This document shows positions 35,887 through 47,850 of a stretch of DNA of 64,000 nt, in pieces. The translations under genes and the position numbers were made by a program. The DNA lies in NCBI GenBank assembly GCA_010909165.1, contig MU008162.1, positions 1,860,001 through 1,924,000 of the forward strand, read 5' to 3'. This DNA is from Anthoceros angustus. Lineage: Eukaryota > Plantae > Anthocerotophyta. Each line of letters starts with the position of its first letter. The first letter of the stretch is position 1. The notes under the pieces were generated by a model. The model had not been told where the DNA came from. It made no database searches and saw only the letters and a program-made list of their open reading frames with translations.

Positions 35887-35960
35887 GTCTGGGTGGTGTA
35901 GTTGGTCATCACGCTAGTCTCACACACTAGAGGTCCCCAGTTCGAACCCAGGCTCAGACA
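35887..35960 (+). tRNA. tRNA-Val(CAC) duplicate with two T-stem mismatches (possible pseudogene or assembly error)
   Basis: Identical to 31543-31616 except ccccggttcgaacccggg -> ccccagttcgaacccagg. Confidence 0.7.
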
Positions 35961-36636
35961 GTATGGCAAGCGAGTTCTTTTATTTTAAGCTTACCGTCTT
36001 GTTTGCGGTTTGATCTTGCTATTCTAGCGGCCGGTGCAAAGGTTGGTGATTGAGTATTGACCAGATTGCGCTACAAAGAAGCGATGATCTAATAAGAATT
36101 GGGGATATCGAAACTGGACAAACGAAGCCATAATGTAATCAGAACTGGGGATGTCGAAACTGGATAGATGCTGGGCTGTCGGAATGCCGAGAACGTGCCT
36201 CTCCGGTGGCCACTCGGTGGATCATCCTCTTCCAGTTGCTGCAGGCCAATCCAAATCCATTGTAGAGACGCTCGGACGAGACTGTGGAGCTGCTGCTGCT
36301 CCAATAGTTGAACCCACGTGCACCTCATCATCGATGTCGGCAGATGCTACCAGAATCTGCCTCATTCTATTGGTCAGACTGCGGCTTGCGTCCCCCGGAC
36401 AGCGGCTTGCATCCCCTGGCCTGCCTGGACTGCGCTGATTGCCGGCATTCTCCTGACATTCCCTATATCAATTCGATACACGTGTTTTGGCAAAATTTTA
36501 CAGGCTGTGCCCGGGCAAGCTGGAGGCTGATGTGGCGGATGCCCTCAATAATGGAGTCTGTAACACAAGTCTGTCTATGTATATGGGAGCGGAAATCCAC
36601 ATCCTGGAGAGGCGTGAATGACACAGGTCTTGGACG

Positions 36637-38698
36637 ATGGGGAAGTTACTCGCCCTCGCCCAGGTTGCGGCTCTCACAATCCTCTTGGCTGCCATCGCTC
36701 GTAAGCAGGAGATGGAGAAGCTGAAACTCCTACGAATTTCAAACGCTCTTCACGTTGCTGCTGCTCAGTGCAGCAATGCAGAATTGGGAATGATGGGTTG
36801 CGGCTCCTGCAGGTGCAGACGCCGTAAGGCCCGCCATCTTCGTCTTCGGCGACTCGTACGGGGACACTGGGAATCGCAACCGGACGGACCCTCTGTTTAA
36901 TCAGCCATGGCAGCAGCCGTACGGCATCGGCTGGCCTGGGCGCCCTGCCGGCCGCGCCTCCGACGGCAGGGTGTCCACGGATTTCTAGGTACGTCCTTCG
37001 CAGCTGCTTTCAATCAGGCAATGCAGTCACCGAGAATTCGATAGACCTCTTCATGAGTTTCATACCAATGTGCGTTAATATGTCCCAGCTCCTCTCATAA
37101 CATCCGCCAAGATCAAGGCTTACCAGTCAATCGCCAGCAGCACTCCGGCCAGGAGCATCAAGCACGGCGTCAATTTCGCTGTGGGCGGCTCGGGAACGTT
37201 CCCCTTCCTCTCGCTCACCTCGCTGTCCGGGCAGGTGGAGCAGCTGGAAGGCGTCCTCACCAAGTACCAAGGCCTGTATTCCCCGCCCGAGTCTGTGGTG
37301 GTGATCTGGATGAGTGGAAACGACTACGGCTTCCTGCGATTAACAAACCCTAATGCCACTCGAGCAGTGAGGCCTTCACACATCCCTTGCGAAGCCTGAT
37401 CAATCAGATTTGTGTGCAGAATCCATTCGTATTCCATTCACCCGCTGCTCCTGGCCATGGGTGCAGGACTTTCTAGCCCGAGCAGACGAGATCGTTTCAC
37501 GGATCGGACAAAGCGTGCGGAAGCTGTACACTCTCGGATTCCGCAACGTCGCTCTGGCCAACCTAGAACCTTTCGGATGCCTACCGATGATCACCAACCG
37601 GAACAATGACACGGATTGCGATACCAGACAGGGGTTCCTCGTGGATTACCATAACGACAAGCTGGCTCTTGAGATTGCGGATTTGCAGGCGTCCCTGCCT
37701 GGCCTGCGCTGGTTAGAGCTCAACCTCAACAAGGCCTTCTACGTCGTTATCCGTAACCCATCTCTGTTCGGTAAGCTCCGTTCTCGGTTCCACCACATTT
37801 ACAGTGAGTGAAAATGGTTTGACGGTCGCGGCCCTGCCGTGGGGACGGGAGGACTCAGTCTCGAATCCCGCATCTGATGCCCGTTCTCGGACTTACATAT
37901 AGAAACGCTCCTGCTGCAGGTTTCAAGCACGGCGTGGGAAGCTGCTGCAGAGGCCTTCCCCCGGGCGTGTTCTGCGGGGACGTGGACGAGCAGGGCAACC
38001 CGCTCTACACCGTCTGCCCTAACCGCCATGAGTATTTCTTCTGGGACAGCTACCACCCGTCCAACGACGGCTGGGCTGCGTTGAGCAGTCTCTTTTACTA
38101 CGGCTTCAACTTCACCATCGGCGCTCCGAACCTGCTCTTCTGGCTCAATTCCGCCAACTTGGGCAAGCACAGCCACAGCCACGGCCACAGCCACGGGCTC
38201 GGGCGTAGCGGCAGTCTCTCCACTGCAGCAGCGTCCGCCCTTGCGATCGAAGCCCTAAGCAAGTCCGGGTACCTCAGTCCCAGCGAGCTGGCCGCGATCA
38301 ACAGCACGCTGGCCAGGGTCCCCTCCACCATCTTTGCCGATTTGGGGCCGGTGACGGTTTTCCTCCCGGCGCTGGATGGAGCGGCAGTGCAGCAGCTGAA
38401 ATCGGTGGTGTCGCGGGCTCCGGAGCTGGCATCGGAGGTGGCCCTGCAGCAGGTTGTGAATGGAGTGTGGCCGGCGCCGAGGCTGCTGGAGCTGGCTGTC
38501 GGGGGCGGGCATCACTTGACCACTCTGGCGGGGGGCTCGGTTACCGTGACTGTGCGGAGTGGAACCCTTTTTCTGAGACCGGGAGGGGAGGATGCGGAGG
38601 TGTCGGTGGTCAGGCCCTCACTGGTTTCCACCGAGAATGTGGTGGTGCACGGAACTAGCGCCTTGCTTCTTCACCATGACTTCGATCCTCATGTTTGA
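36637..38698 (+). CDS. Secreted GDSL esterase/lipase fused to a C-terminal fasciclin (FAS1) domain; 5 exons (36637-36700, 36813-36988, ~37089-37366, 37467-37770, 37920-38698); apparent 1-bp deletion at the end of exon 2
   Basis: Signal peptide MGKLLALAQVAALTILLAAIA, FGDSYGDTG, GRASDGR, GVNFAVGGSG, GNDY, FFWDSYHP. Then VTVFLP...LTTLAGGSVTV...VVHGTSALLL (FAS1 H1/H2-like). Confidence 0.8.
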
Positions 38699-39374
38699 TC
38701 AGGCTCTTTCTCCTCAACTGGCTCGGGCCGTGGCCAGGGCACGTCGAACAGGCGGCATGCCATTCACATGACAGCAGACCCTCCAAATTCTGCGAAGGCA
38801 GCCTAGAGGCTATTGGAGCTTACAAAACACAATGCGGACGCCCCCAGTAAGCAGTGGGGCCCACCATTCGCCCAAAGAGGGGCGCAATGGGCTCGTTAAC
38901 AAACCCGTTCCCTGGCTTCTTTCGGATTTGTTTTTAATTTTATATTTTGAAAATAAATCAAAACGAACCCGGGGGAGAAATTTTCAGCAAGAGTTCTGGT
39001 TCATGTGTTACACATCGCATTATCTATAGCATCAGAAAAAGACAATGCTCTTTCCAAGGTCATATAAATACATTTCACACGATAGGACTTCTTTCCGATG
39101 CCCAGGTCGGCATGATTCTGAGCGCCATGCCCCATTCCCTGTAGACTATGCCCTAAATCGACACGATGTCCTCATGGCTCCCGGATCATGATCTTCAATG
39201 GTGGTATTAAAAAAGGAGAAGATGCCTTCATTCATGTAGCGGGAAGATAAGTTGCTCATCTTTAATCTTCGTCTTTGCGATATTTTAGATGCAGTTGATT
39301 GTAGTTTTGCAATGGTTTTTTAGTCTCTAGTTCAATAAGCTTACTCTTTCTTCCCCCTCCTTATGCTGCACCAT

Positions 39375-39447
39375 TTTTGTCCCATTGTGCTCTTTTTACT
39401 CTTAGTGGACATAAATGAAGTTGTTGTTGTTGTTGTTGTTGTTGTTG
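39375..39447 (+). mobile_element. Related element 3' end with a (TTG)n tail
   Basis: gtccc...cttagtggacataaatgaag(ttg)n shares its terminal motif with the (TTC)n-tailed copies. Confidence 0.45.
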
Positions 39448-40481
39448 AATAGTTTTGACCACTACTCGACATACGCGAGTTTGATTCTTGACATCCTCAT
39501 TTCAGAAAAATATAATATGGCTCCTATCGATCACGATATTGCTTAGCAGTTTTGTACACCTTGTGAGCACAAGCATCTGAAATTGCAGTCCACCTTTGGT
39601 TGGCTAGTGTCATTTCTGATTGAGACCACCATCCGTTTGTTTCACAACATCCTCCTTTCGCATAGAAACGAAGATCAACTACACAGATTCCTCCCATCTT
39701 TTGCCTGAGTAACTTATTTTCATCAATATGTGGCAAACTATACTAGTTGGGAGCAGGACCCTTGGGTTTTTGTCCACCTTGTGCACGTTTTGGTTTTGTC
39801 GCATAATGCTGAGTACACTAGGCTTCCAGTTCATTATGAAATTGCCTCTTCTACGCTGCAAAGTAGCTACTCTATAATGGTGTTGCCACACTCTCAACTG
39901 TGTAGATACGAGGGAGCAGCGAGCCTATTATCTTTGGAAGGTTGGACTCTAGAGTGTGGTTTGAAGTCAAATCTGCAACATTATAAAAATTCTTGCAGTT
40001 AATCTTCGAGCAACATGAGTGACTAAAAATGTAAATTGGACTCAAAGCTGATGCCATATGGTGCATCTTGTCGTGTAAAAGTAGCAAGTCTTCTTAGGGT
40101 TGAAGGCACCATAAACGAGTACATTTTGGACTGTTGCAATGTCTTGCAATGCGAACGCATGGGCTACATTGAAGCTCAACTTTGCCGCAGCACGGGAATG
40201 CTTCAATCTGAAGCGGCAAGATGAGGACAAATGATCAATTAGCAAGTTATGCTTGTTTCCATATGAAGCTTGAGCCACCTTTTATATAATATTGTTTGTA
40301 GAGAGAAACAGGCTTTACAAGTCATCCTTTGGGTCGGAAGAATCGACGTGTGCCTCAAAAGAAACCCCCCAAAACTCTCTGATTCATAGGGCTTGACCTG
40401 GTCAAAGCCTTAAATGTGTGTAGTCTTTTATGTAAAGTGGTAAGGTAATTTTTGCAACATTCGAGCTCCATGGAAACCCAA

Positions 40482-43400
40482 CATGATTGTTCAAATATTT
40501 CTTCTAAGACAATGATTATCAACTCCATTCGAACTGCGCCCACTGGGCTGCACTCACCAATGCTCCCAACCTGCACTCTTGGCTCTCAAGCAAAAAAAAA
40601 TACGGACTAACATATGGCTACCTAATATCACGTTTATGATCATGTACTAAAAAATGTATTATATGGAGATCAATATTTCATGTTACATACCGATTTTCTC
40701 CTGAGTGACAATGTTGGGCAAGGGCTACAAGTTCACTGAGTCCACCTACGCACAAGCTACTCCTGTAGGCAACGTCAAACCCGCGCATGGTATAGCTATG
40801 ACAGTTGTTGTGCATACTAGATTAAGCGGGAACTGGGGCATACACAAAGCAAAAATACATTCATACCACAATCATTAGTTGTTTAACCTCCAACTCAAGT
40901 CACACGGCTAGAAAGCATACATAGAACGATGAACCAATGTTAGGTAGAGTCAGGCTGTGAATGTAAACAAAGCACTTCAAGCATAGCCAGCTTCAAGCTA
41001 CGGCATAGATAGCTTTGCTGGGCCTGTCTCTTCTGTAGGTAGAAATGCTTTTCTGCTTCGTTTGCGATCAAAAGCGGGAAGTGAAGAGTGCCCGAGAGAG
41101 CCGAGTCCCACTCGCATCATGGCACGACAAGACATACACACAATTGGAGCTGTCATGCCGTGTGATACTAATCTGGATTTAGTGTTTGATTAGCATTAAT
41201 TAATCTAATTACTTATCTTTAAGTAAGTAATTAATGTTAATTAATCTAAAGTGCTTATGTTAATTAAGCGTTGATTAGTGTTAATTAAACATGGTTAGCA
41301 ATAGCTAAGTGGATAAGCTATTCCTTGCATATTATAGTGTATTCTTAGGATATTTAGGCGCCACGCCACAGGTGATCTTAGGAATACCGACGCCAAGGCT
41401 AGTATAGACCCTTCCATTGAGGACAGCTCAGTCATAGCTTATCCTCTAGATATGCAATGCAAGGCGTTGTGAGGAGGCCAAAGCTATGACTCAGAGCGAT
41501 GTGAGGAATTTGCGTGTTGTTCTGGTGGGAGAGTGTGTTTGTGCCACGATTCGCGAGCTACTCCCTCCTATTGTTACAAGCTATGATCTCGTGTGTGTAC
41601 GCTAAATAGGCGTGCTAGGATTGATAGGCCGTGTTAGGCTTAGTGTGCTACGCGATGCTAGGCGATGCTGGGCCGTGCTGGGCAATGTGGGCGTGCTGGG
41701 TGATGCTGGGCTTGGTGTGCTGGGCGTGCTGGGCGTGCTAATGCGCTAGGCAATGCTAGGTGATGCTGGGCAGGTGTGCTGGGCGTGCTGGGCTATGGGC
41801 CATCGCTGGCGTTGCTAGGTGATGCTAGGCTTAGTGTGCTGGGCGTGCTGGGCGTGCTGAGGCTTAATCGCTAGGCAAGTGGGTGATGCTGGGCTTAGTG
41901 TGCTGGCGGCGCCAGGGCCGTGCTAGGCTTAACGCTGGGCAATGCTAGTGATGCCAGGCTTAGTGTGCTAGGCGTGCTAGCCGCGCTGGGCTTAATGCGC
42001 TGAGCGATGCTAGGTGATGCTAGGCTTAGTGTGCGGCTACGCCAGTGCCAGCTTAATGCACCAGGCGATGCCAGGTGATGCTAGGCTTAGTGTGGGTATG
42101 CTGGGCGTTTAACGCGCTGGCGATGCTAGGTGATGGGCGATGCCAGGCGACAGTAATGCTTGCACGCCAGTGCGCCAGGTGAGTGCCAGGCTTTTGGCGC
42201 ACAGGGCGTGCTAGGCTTAGCTTGTGCTGGTTGCCAGTGTGCGAGCTGCGCACAGGCTTAATGCAGGGCTGCCAGGTGATGCCAGGCAGTGTGCCAGCGC
42301 GCTAAATGCGTGCCAGGCCAGCGCCAGCCTAGGTGACGCCAGGCGTGCCAGGCGAAATGCGCCAGGGCCTAACGCGCCAGGCTGCCAGGTGATGCCAGGC
42401 TGGTGTGCCAGGCTGCTAGGCGTGCTGGGCTTAGCGATGCCAGGGTGATGCCAGGCTTAGTGTGCTGGGCGATGCCAGGCGGCTGGCTTAACGCGCCAGC
42501 GTGCCAGGTGATGCTAGGCTTAGTGTGCAGTGCTGTGCTAGGCTTAATGCGCGCCAGGCAGGTGATGCGCTTGGTGCCAGGCTGCGTGCTAGGCAATGCT
42601 GGCCGCCAGGGTGACGCTAGGCTAGTGCGCATGATTGTTCAAATATTTCTTCTAAGACAATGATTATCAACTCCATTCGATAGCCTTTGAGCACTCACTA
42701 ATGCTCCCAACTGCACTCTTGGCTCTCAAGCAAAAAAATACGGACTAACATATGGCTACCTAATATCACGTTTATGATCATGTACTAAAAATGTATTATA
42801 TGGAGATCAATATTTTCATGTTACATACCGATTTTCTCCCTGAGTGACAATGTTGGGCAGGCTACAAGTTCAAGTCCACCTACGCACAAGCTACTCCACA
42901 TGAGCAGCTAAACCCAGCATGGTATAGCTATAGCGGTTGTTGTGCATACTAGATTAAAGGCGGGGCATACACAAAGCAAAATACATTCATACCACAATCA
43001 TTAGTTGTTTAACCTCCAACTCAAGTCACACATTAGAAAGCATACATAGAACGATGAACAATGTCAATGTTAGAGTGAATGTAAACAAAGCACTTCAAGC
43101 ATAGCGACAGCACGACAGATAGCTTTCTGGGCCTGTCTTCTGTAGGTAGAAATGCTGCTCGCTTTGCGATCAAAAGCGGGAAGTGAAGAGTGCCCGAGAG
43201 CCGAGTCCCTCGCGTCACGGCACGACAAGACATACACACAATTGAGTCATGCCGTGTGATACTAATCTGGATTTAGTGTTTGATTAGCATTAATTAATCT
43301 AATTACTTATCTTTAAGTAAGTAATTAATGTTAATTAATCTAAAGTGCTATATTAATTAAGCGTTGATTAGTGTTAATTAAACATGGTTAGCAATAGCTA

Positions 43401-43745
43401 AGTGGATAAGCTCTATTGCATATTATAGTGTATTCTTAGGGATATTTCCCAGATATCACGCCAATAGGTGATCTTAGGAATATCTTGCGAGGCGCTAGTA
43501 TATATAGACCATTGAGGAAGCTCGTCAGTCTATATCAGATATGCAATGCAAGGGCGTTGTGAGGAGGCCAAAGCTATGACTCCGAGAGCGATGTGTGAGG
43601 AATTTGCGTGTTGTTCTCGTGGGGAGAGTGTGTTTGTGCCACGATTCGCGAGCTACTCCCTCCTATTGTTACAAGCTATGATCTCGTGTGTGTACGCTAA
43701 ATAGGCGTGCTAGGATTGATAGGCCGTGTTAGGCTTAGTGTGCTA
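40482..43745. repeat. ~2.15-kb tandem duplication covering flank, LTR start and part of the satellite
   Basis: catgattgttcaaatatt... starts at both 40482 and 42630. The second copy has many small indels. Confidence 0.85.
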
Positions 43746-46700
43746 CGCGATGCTAGGCGATGCTAGGCCGTGCTAGGCTTAATGTGCGAGGCGATGCTAG
43801 GTGATGCTAGGCTTAGTGTGCTAGGCGATGCTAGGCCGTGCTAGGCTTAATGCGCTAGGCAATGCTAGGTGATGCTAGGCTTAGTGTGCTAGGGGCGTGC
43901 TAGCCATGCTAGGCAACGCTGGGCGTTTGCTAGTGATGCTGGGCTTAGTGTGCTAGGCGTGCTAGGCCGTGCTGGAATGCGCCTGGGCAATGCTAGGATG
44001 CTAGGCTTAGTGTGCTGGCGATGCTAGGCGTGCGGCTTAATGCGCCTGGGCGTGCTGGGTGATGCAGGCTTCAGCGCGTGCTGGGCCGTTACTGGGCGCC
44101 AATGCGCTAGCGTGCTAGGTGATGCTAGGCTTAGTGTGCTGGCGTGCTAGGCCGCTGGGCTTAACTTGCGTGCTGGGTGATGCCAGGCAGTGTGCTGGGC
44201 GTCTTGGGCGTGCTAGGCTTAATCACGGCTGCGTGCTGGGTGATGCTGGGCGTGTGCTGGCGTGCTGGGCCGTGCTGGGCTTAATGCGCTAGGCGATGCC
44301 TAGGTGATGCTGGGCTTGGTGTGCCTAGCTGGGCATGGGCCGTGCTAGGCTTAATCGCTGGCTAGGTGATGCTAGGCTTAGTGCATGGGCGATGCTAGGC
44401 GTGCTAGGCTTAATGCGCTGGGCGTGCTGGGTGATGCTAGGCTTGGTGTGCTGGGCGATGCCAGGGCCGTGCTAGGCTTCGCGCGGCTGGGGTGATGCTG
44501 GGCTTGGTGTGCTGGCGTGCTGGTAGCTTTGAATGCAGGGCGTGCTAGGTGATGCTAGGCAGTGTGCTGGGCGGCTGGGGCGTGCTGGGCTTAATCGCTG
44601 GGCGTGCTGGGTGATGCTGGGCTTGATGTGCTGGGCGGTGCTGGGCCAGTGCTAGGCAGCTGGGCGTTAGCTGGGGTGCTGGGCTGGGGCGTGCTGGGGT
44701 GCTGGGCTTAATCGTGGGCGTGCTGGGGTGCTGAGCGGTGTGCTGGCGTGCTGGGCACGTGCTGGGCCAATGCGGCTGGCGTGCTGGTGATGCTAGGCAA
44801 CTGGGCGTGCTGGCGTGCTGGGCAATGGCTGGGTGCGGTGATGGGCTTGGTGTGCTGGGCCGTGCTGGGCCTGCTGGGCAATCGCTGCCAGTGCTAGGTG
44901 ATGCTGGGCTTGGTGTGCGTGCTAGGCCGGCTAGAAGCAATGCGCTAGGGGCTGGGGTGCTGGTGCTACGCCAGTGTGCTGGCGTCTTCAGGCGTGCTGG
45001 GCTGTCGCTAGGCGATGCTGGGTGATGCTGAGGTGTGCTAGTGCTGGCGTGCTAGGCTTAATCGCTGGCGTGCTAGGTGATGCTGAAGCAGTGTGCTGGG
45101 CGCTGGGCGTGCTGGGCAATGCTGGCGTGCTGGGTGATGCTGGGCTTGAGTGCAAGCGTGCTGAGCGTGCAAACAATGCGCAGGCGATGCTAGGTGATGC
45201 TGGGCTTGGTGTGCTAGGCGATGCTGGGCACAGCAATGCGGCGTGCTAGGTGATGCACGTGTGCTAGGCGTGCCAGGCCGCTAGGCTTAACGCGCCAGGC
45301 GTGCTGGGTGATGCTAGGCTTAGTGTGCTGGGCGATGCTGGGCCGTGCTTAACGCAATCGCTGGGCATGCTAGGTGATGCTAGGCTTGGTGCTGGCGTGC
45401 TAAGTAGTGCTGGCTTAATGCTAGGCGATGCTGGGTGATGCTGGGCAGTGTGCTGGGCGATGCTGGGCCGTGCTGGCTTAATCGCTAGGCGTGCAGGTGA
45501 TGCTAGGCTTGGTGTGCTGGCGTGCTCGTGCTGGCTTAATGCGCTGGGCGTGCTGGGGTGCTGGCTTAGTGTGCTGGGGCGTGCTGGCGTGCTAGGCAAT
45601 GCGTGGGCGTGCTGGGTGATGCTGGGCAGTGTGCTGGCTGCGGGTGCTAGGCAATCGCTGGGCGTGCTGGGTGATGCTGGCTTGGTGTGCTGGCGTGCTG
45701 GGCCGTGCTGGGCAATGCGCTAGGCGTGCTGGGTGATGCTGGCTTAGGTGTGCTGGCGTGCTGGCCGTGCTAGGCTTAATCGCTGGGCGTGCTGGGGTGC
45801 TGGCTTAGTGTGCTGGCGTGCTGGCGTGCTGGCTTGCTAGGCGATGCGTGATGCTGGCTTAGTGTGCTGGGCGATGCTGGGCCGTGCTGGCTTAATGCGC
45901 TGGGCGTGCTGGGTGATGCTGGCTTAGTGTGCTGAAGATGCTGGGCCAGTGCTGGCTTAACGCTAGGCGATGCTGGGTGATGCTGGCTTGGTGCTGCGTG
46001 CTGTGCTAGGCTTAATCGCCCAGGCGTGCTGGGTGATGCTGAGCAGTGTGCTGGCGTGCTGGCGTGCTGGGCTTAATCGCTGGGCGATGCTGGTGATGCT
46101 GAGGCTTGGTGTGCTGGGCTGCTGGCGTGCTCAGGCAATGCGCTGGGCATGCTAGGTGATGCTAGGCTTGGTGCTGGCGTGCTAAGTAGTGCTGGGCTTA
46201 ATGCTAGGCGATGCTGGGTGATGCTGGGCAGTGTGCTGGGCGATGCTGGGCCGTGCTGGGCTTAATCGCTAGGCGTGCAGGTGATGCTAGGCTTGGTGTG
46301 CTGGCGTGCTCGTGCTGGGCTTAATGCGCTGGGCGTGCTGGGTGCTGGGCTTAGTGTGCTGGGCGTGCTGGCGTGCTAGGCAATGCGTGGGCGTGCTGGG
46401 TGATGCTGGGCAGTGTGCTGGGCTGCGGGTGCTAGGCAATCGCTGGGCGTGCTGGGTGATGCTGGGCTTGGTGTGCTGGCGTGCTGGGCCGTGCTGGGCA
46501 ATGCGCTAGGCGTGCTGGGTGATGCTGGGCTTAGGTGTGCTGGCGTGCTGGCCGTGCTAGGCTTAATCGCTGGGCGTGCTGGGTGCTGGGCTTAGTGTGC
46601 TGGCGTGCTGGCGTGCTGGCTTGCTAGGCGATGCGTGATGCTGGGCTTAGTGTGCTGGGCGATGCTGGGCCGTGCTGGGCTTAATGCGCTGGGCGTGCTG

Positions 46701-47620
46701 GGTGATGCTGGGCTTAGTGTGCTGAAGATGCTGGGCCAGTGCTGGGCTTAACGCTAGGCGATGCTGGGTGATGCTGGGCTTGGTGCTGCGTGCTGTGCTA
46801 GGCTTAATCGCCCAGGCGTGCTGGGTGATGCTGAGCAGTGTGCTGGCGTGCTGGCGTGCTGGGCTTAATCGCTGGGCGATGCTGGTGATGCTGAGGCTTG
46901 GTGTGCTGGGCTGCTGGCGTGCTCAGGCAATGCGCTGGGCGTGCTGGGTGATGCTGGGCTTAGTGCTGGCGTGCTGGGGTGCTAGGCTTAATCGCTTGCT
47001 GGTGATGCTGGGCAGTGTGCTGCGGGCTTTTGGCGTGCGCTGGGCTTAATCACGTGCGTGCTGGGTGATGCTAGGCTTGGTGTGCTGCGTGCTGGCGTGC
47101 TTCATGCGCTAGGCGTGCTGGGTGATGCTGGGCTTAGTGTGCAGGCGTGCTGGGCTGCTAATGCGCTGGGCGATGCTGGGTGATGCTGGGCTTAGTGTGC
47201 TGGCGTCTTGGGCCGCTGGGCTTAATCGCTGGGCGTGCTGGGTGATGGGCTTAGTGTGCTGGGCGATGCTGGCGTGCTGGGCTTAACGCTAGGCGATGCT
47301 AGGTGATGCTGGGCTTGGTGTGCTGGCGTGCTAGGCGTGCTGGGCAACGCTGGCGCTGGGTGATGCTAGGCAGTGTGCTGCGATGCTAGCCGTCTGGGCT
47401 TAATGCTGGCGTGCTAGGTGATGCTGGCTTAGTGTGCTGGCGTGCTAGTGCTGGGCAATGCTGGCGTGCTGGGTGATGCTAGGCAGTGTGCTGCGTCAGG
47501 CGCAATGAGCGTGCTAGGTGATGCTGGCTTGTGCCAGCGATGCTGGCCGTGCTAAGCTGGCGAGGTGATGCTAGGCTTAGTATGCAGGCGATGCTGGGGG
47601 CTAGGCGAGGCGATGCTAGC
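41611..47620. repeat. G-rich satellite, ~4.9 kb in two blocks (41611-42629, 43705-47620); ~68-bp unit built from 10/10/14-bp GCTAGG-initiated subunits
   Basis: Cleanest at 43750-43890: gctaggcgat gctaggtgat gctaggcttagtgt gctaggcgat gctaggccgt gctaggcttaatgc. Confidence 0.92.
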
Positions 47621-47729
47621 TCATTAAGCAAGGAGCAAGGGACTCTCTAAAGTGCCAGGCAGGCCTAGGGAGGGGCCCAAGGCCAAAGGAGAGGCCCAAG
47701 TCCCAAGGCTTAAGGCCTAGAAAGGGGAC

Positions 47730-47850
47730 CAAGTCCAAGGTCAAGGAGAGGAGGGGAAGAAGCCCAAGGCCAAGGCCAAGGAGAGGAGGCGAAGAAGCCC
47801 AAGTCCAAGGCCAAGGAGAGGAGGCGAAGAAGCCCAAGTCCAAGGCCAAG
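47730..47850. repeat. ~35-bp tandem repeat x3 in the retroelement leader
   Basis: Unit approximately ccaaggccaaggagaggaggcgaagaagcccaagt. Confidence 0.8.

Larger units (their letters stand above)
30643..37385. repeat. Complex local segmental amplification (tRNA plus 5' GDSL region) with templated insertions
   Basis: 34997-37385 repeats 30643-33033. Nested copies of 31897-32770 and 32224-32460 are present. Junctions carry 7-10 bp microhomologies. Confidence 0.9.

Noticed and set aside
39500-40480. Possible degraded TE coding region
   Set aside because: Short broken ORFs with no recognisable motif.
41611-47620. Many short ORFs (…LGDAGLGVL…, …PASPSTP…) in the G-rich region
   Set aside because: They are by-products of a 10-14 bp subunit satellite; there is no coding signal.
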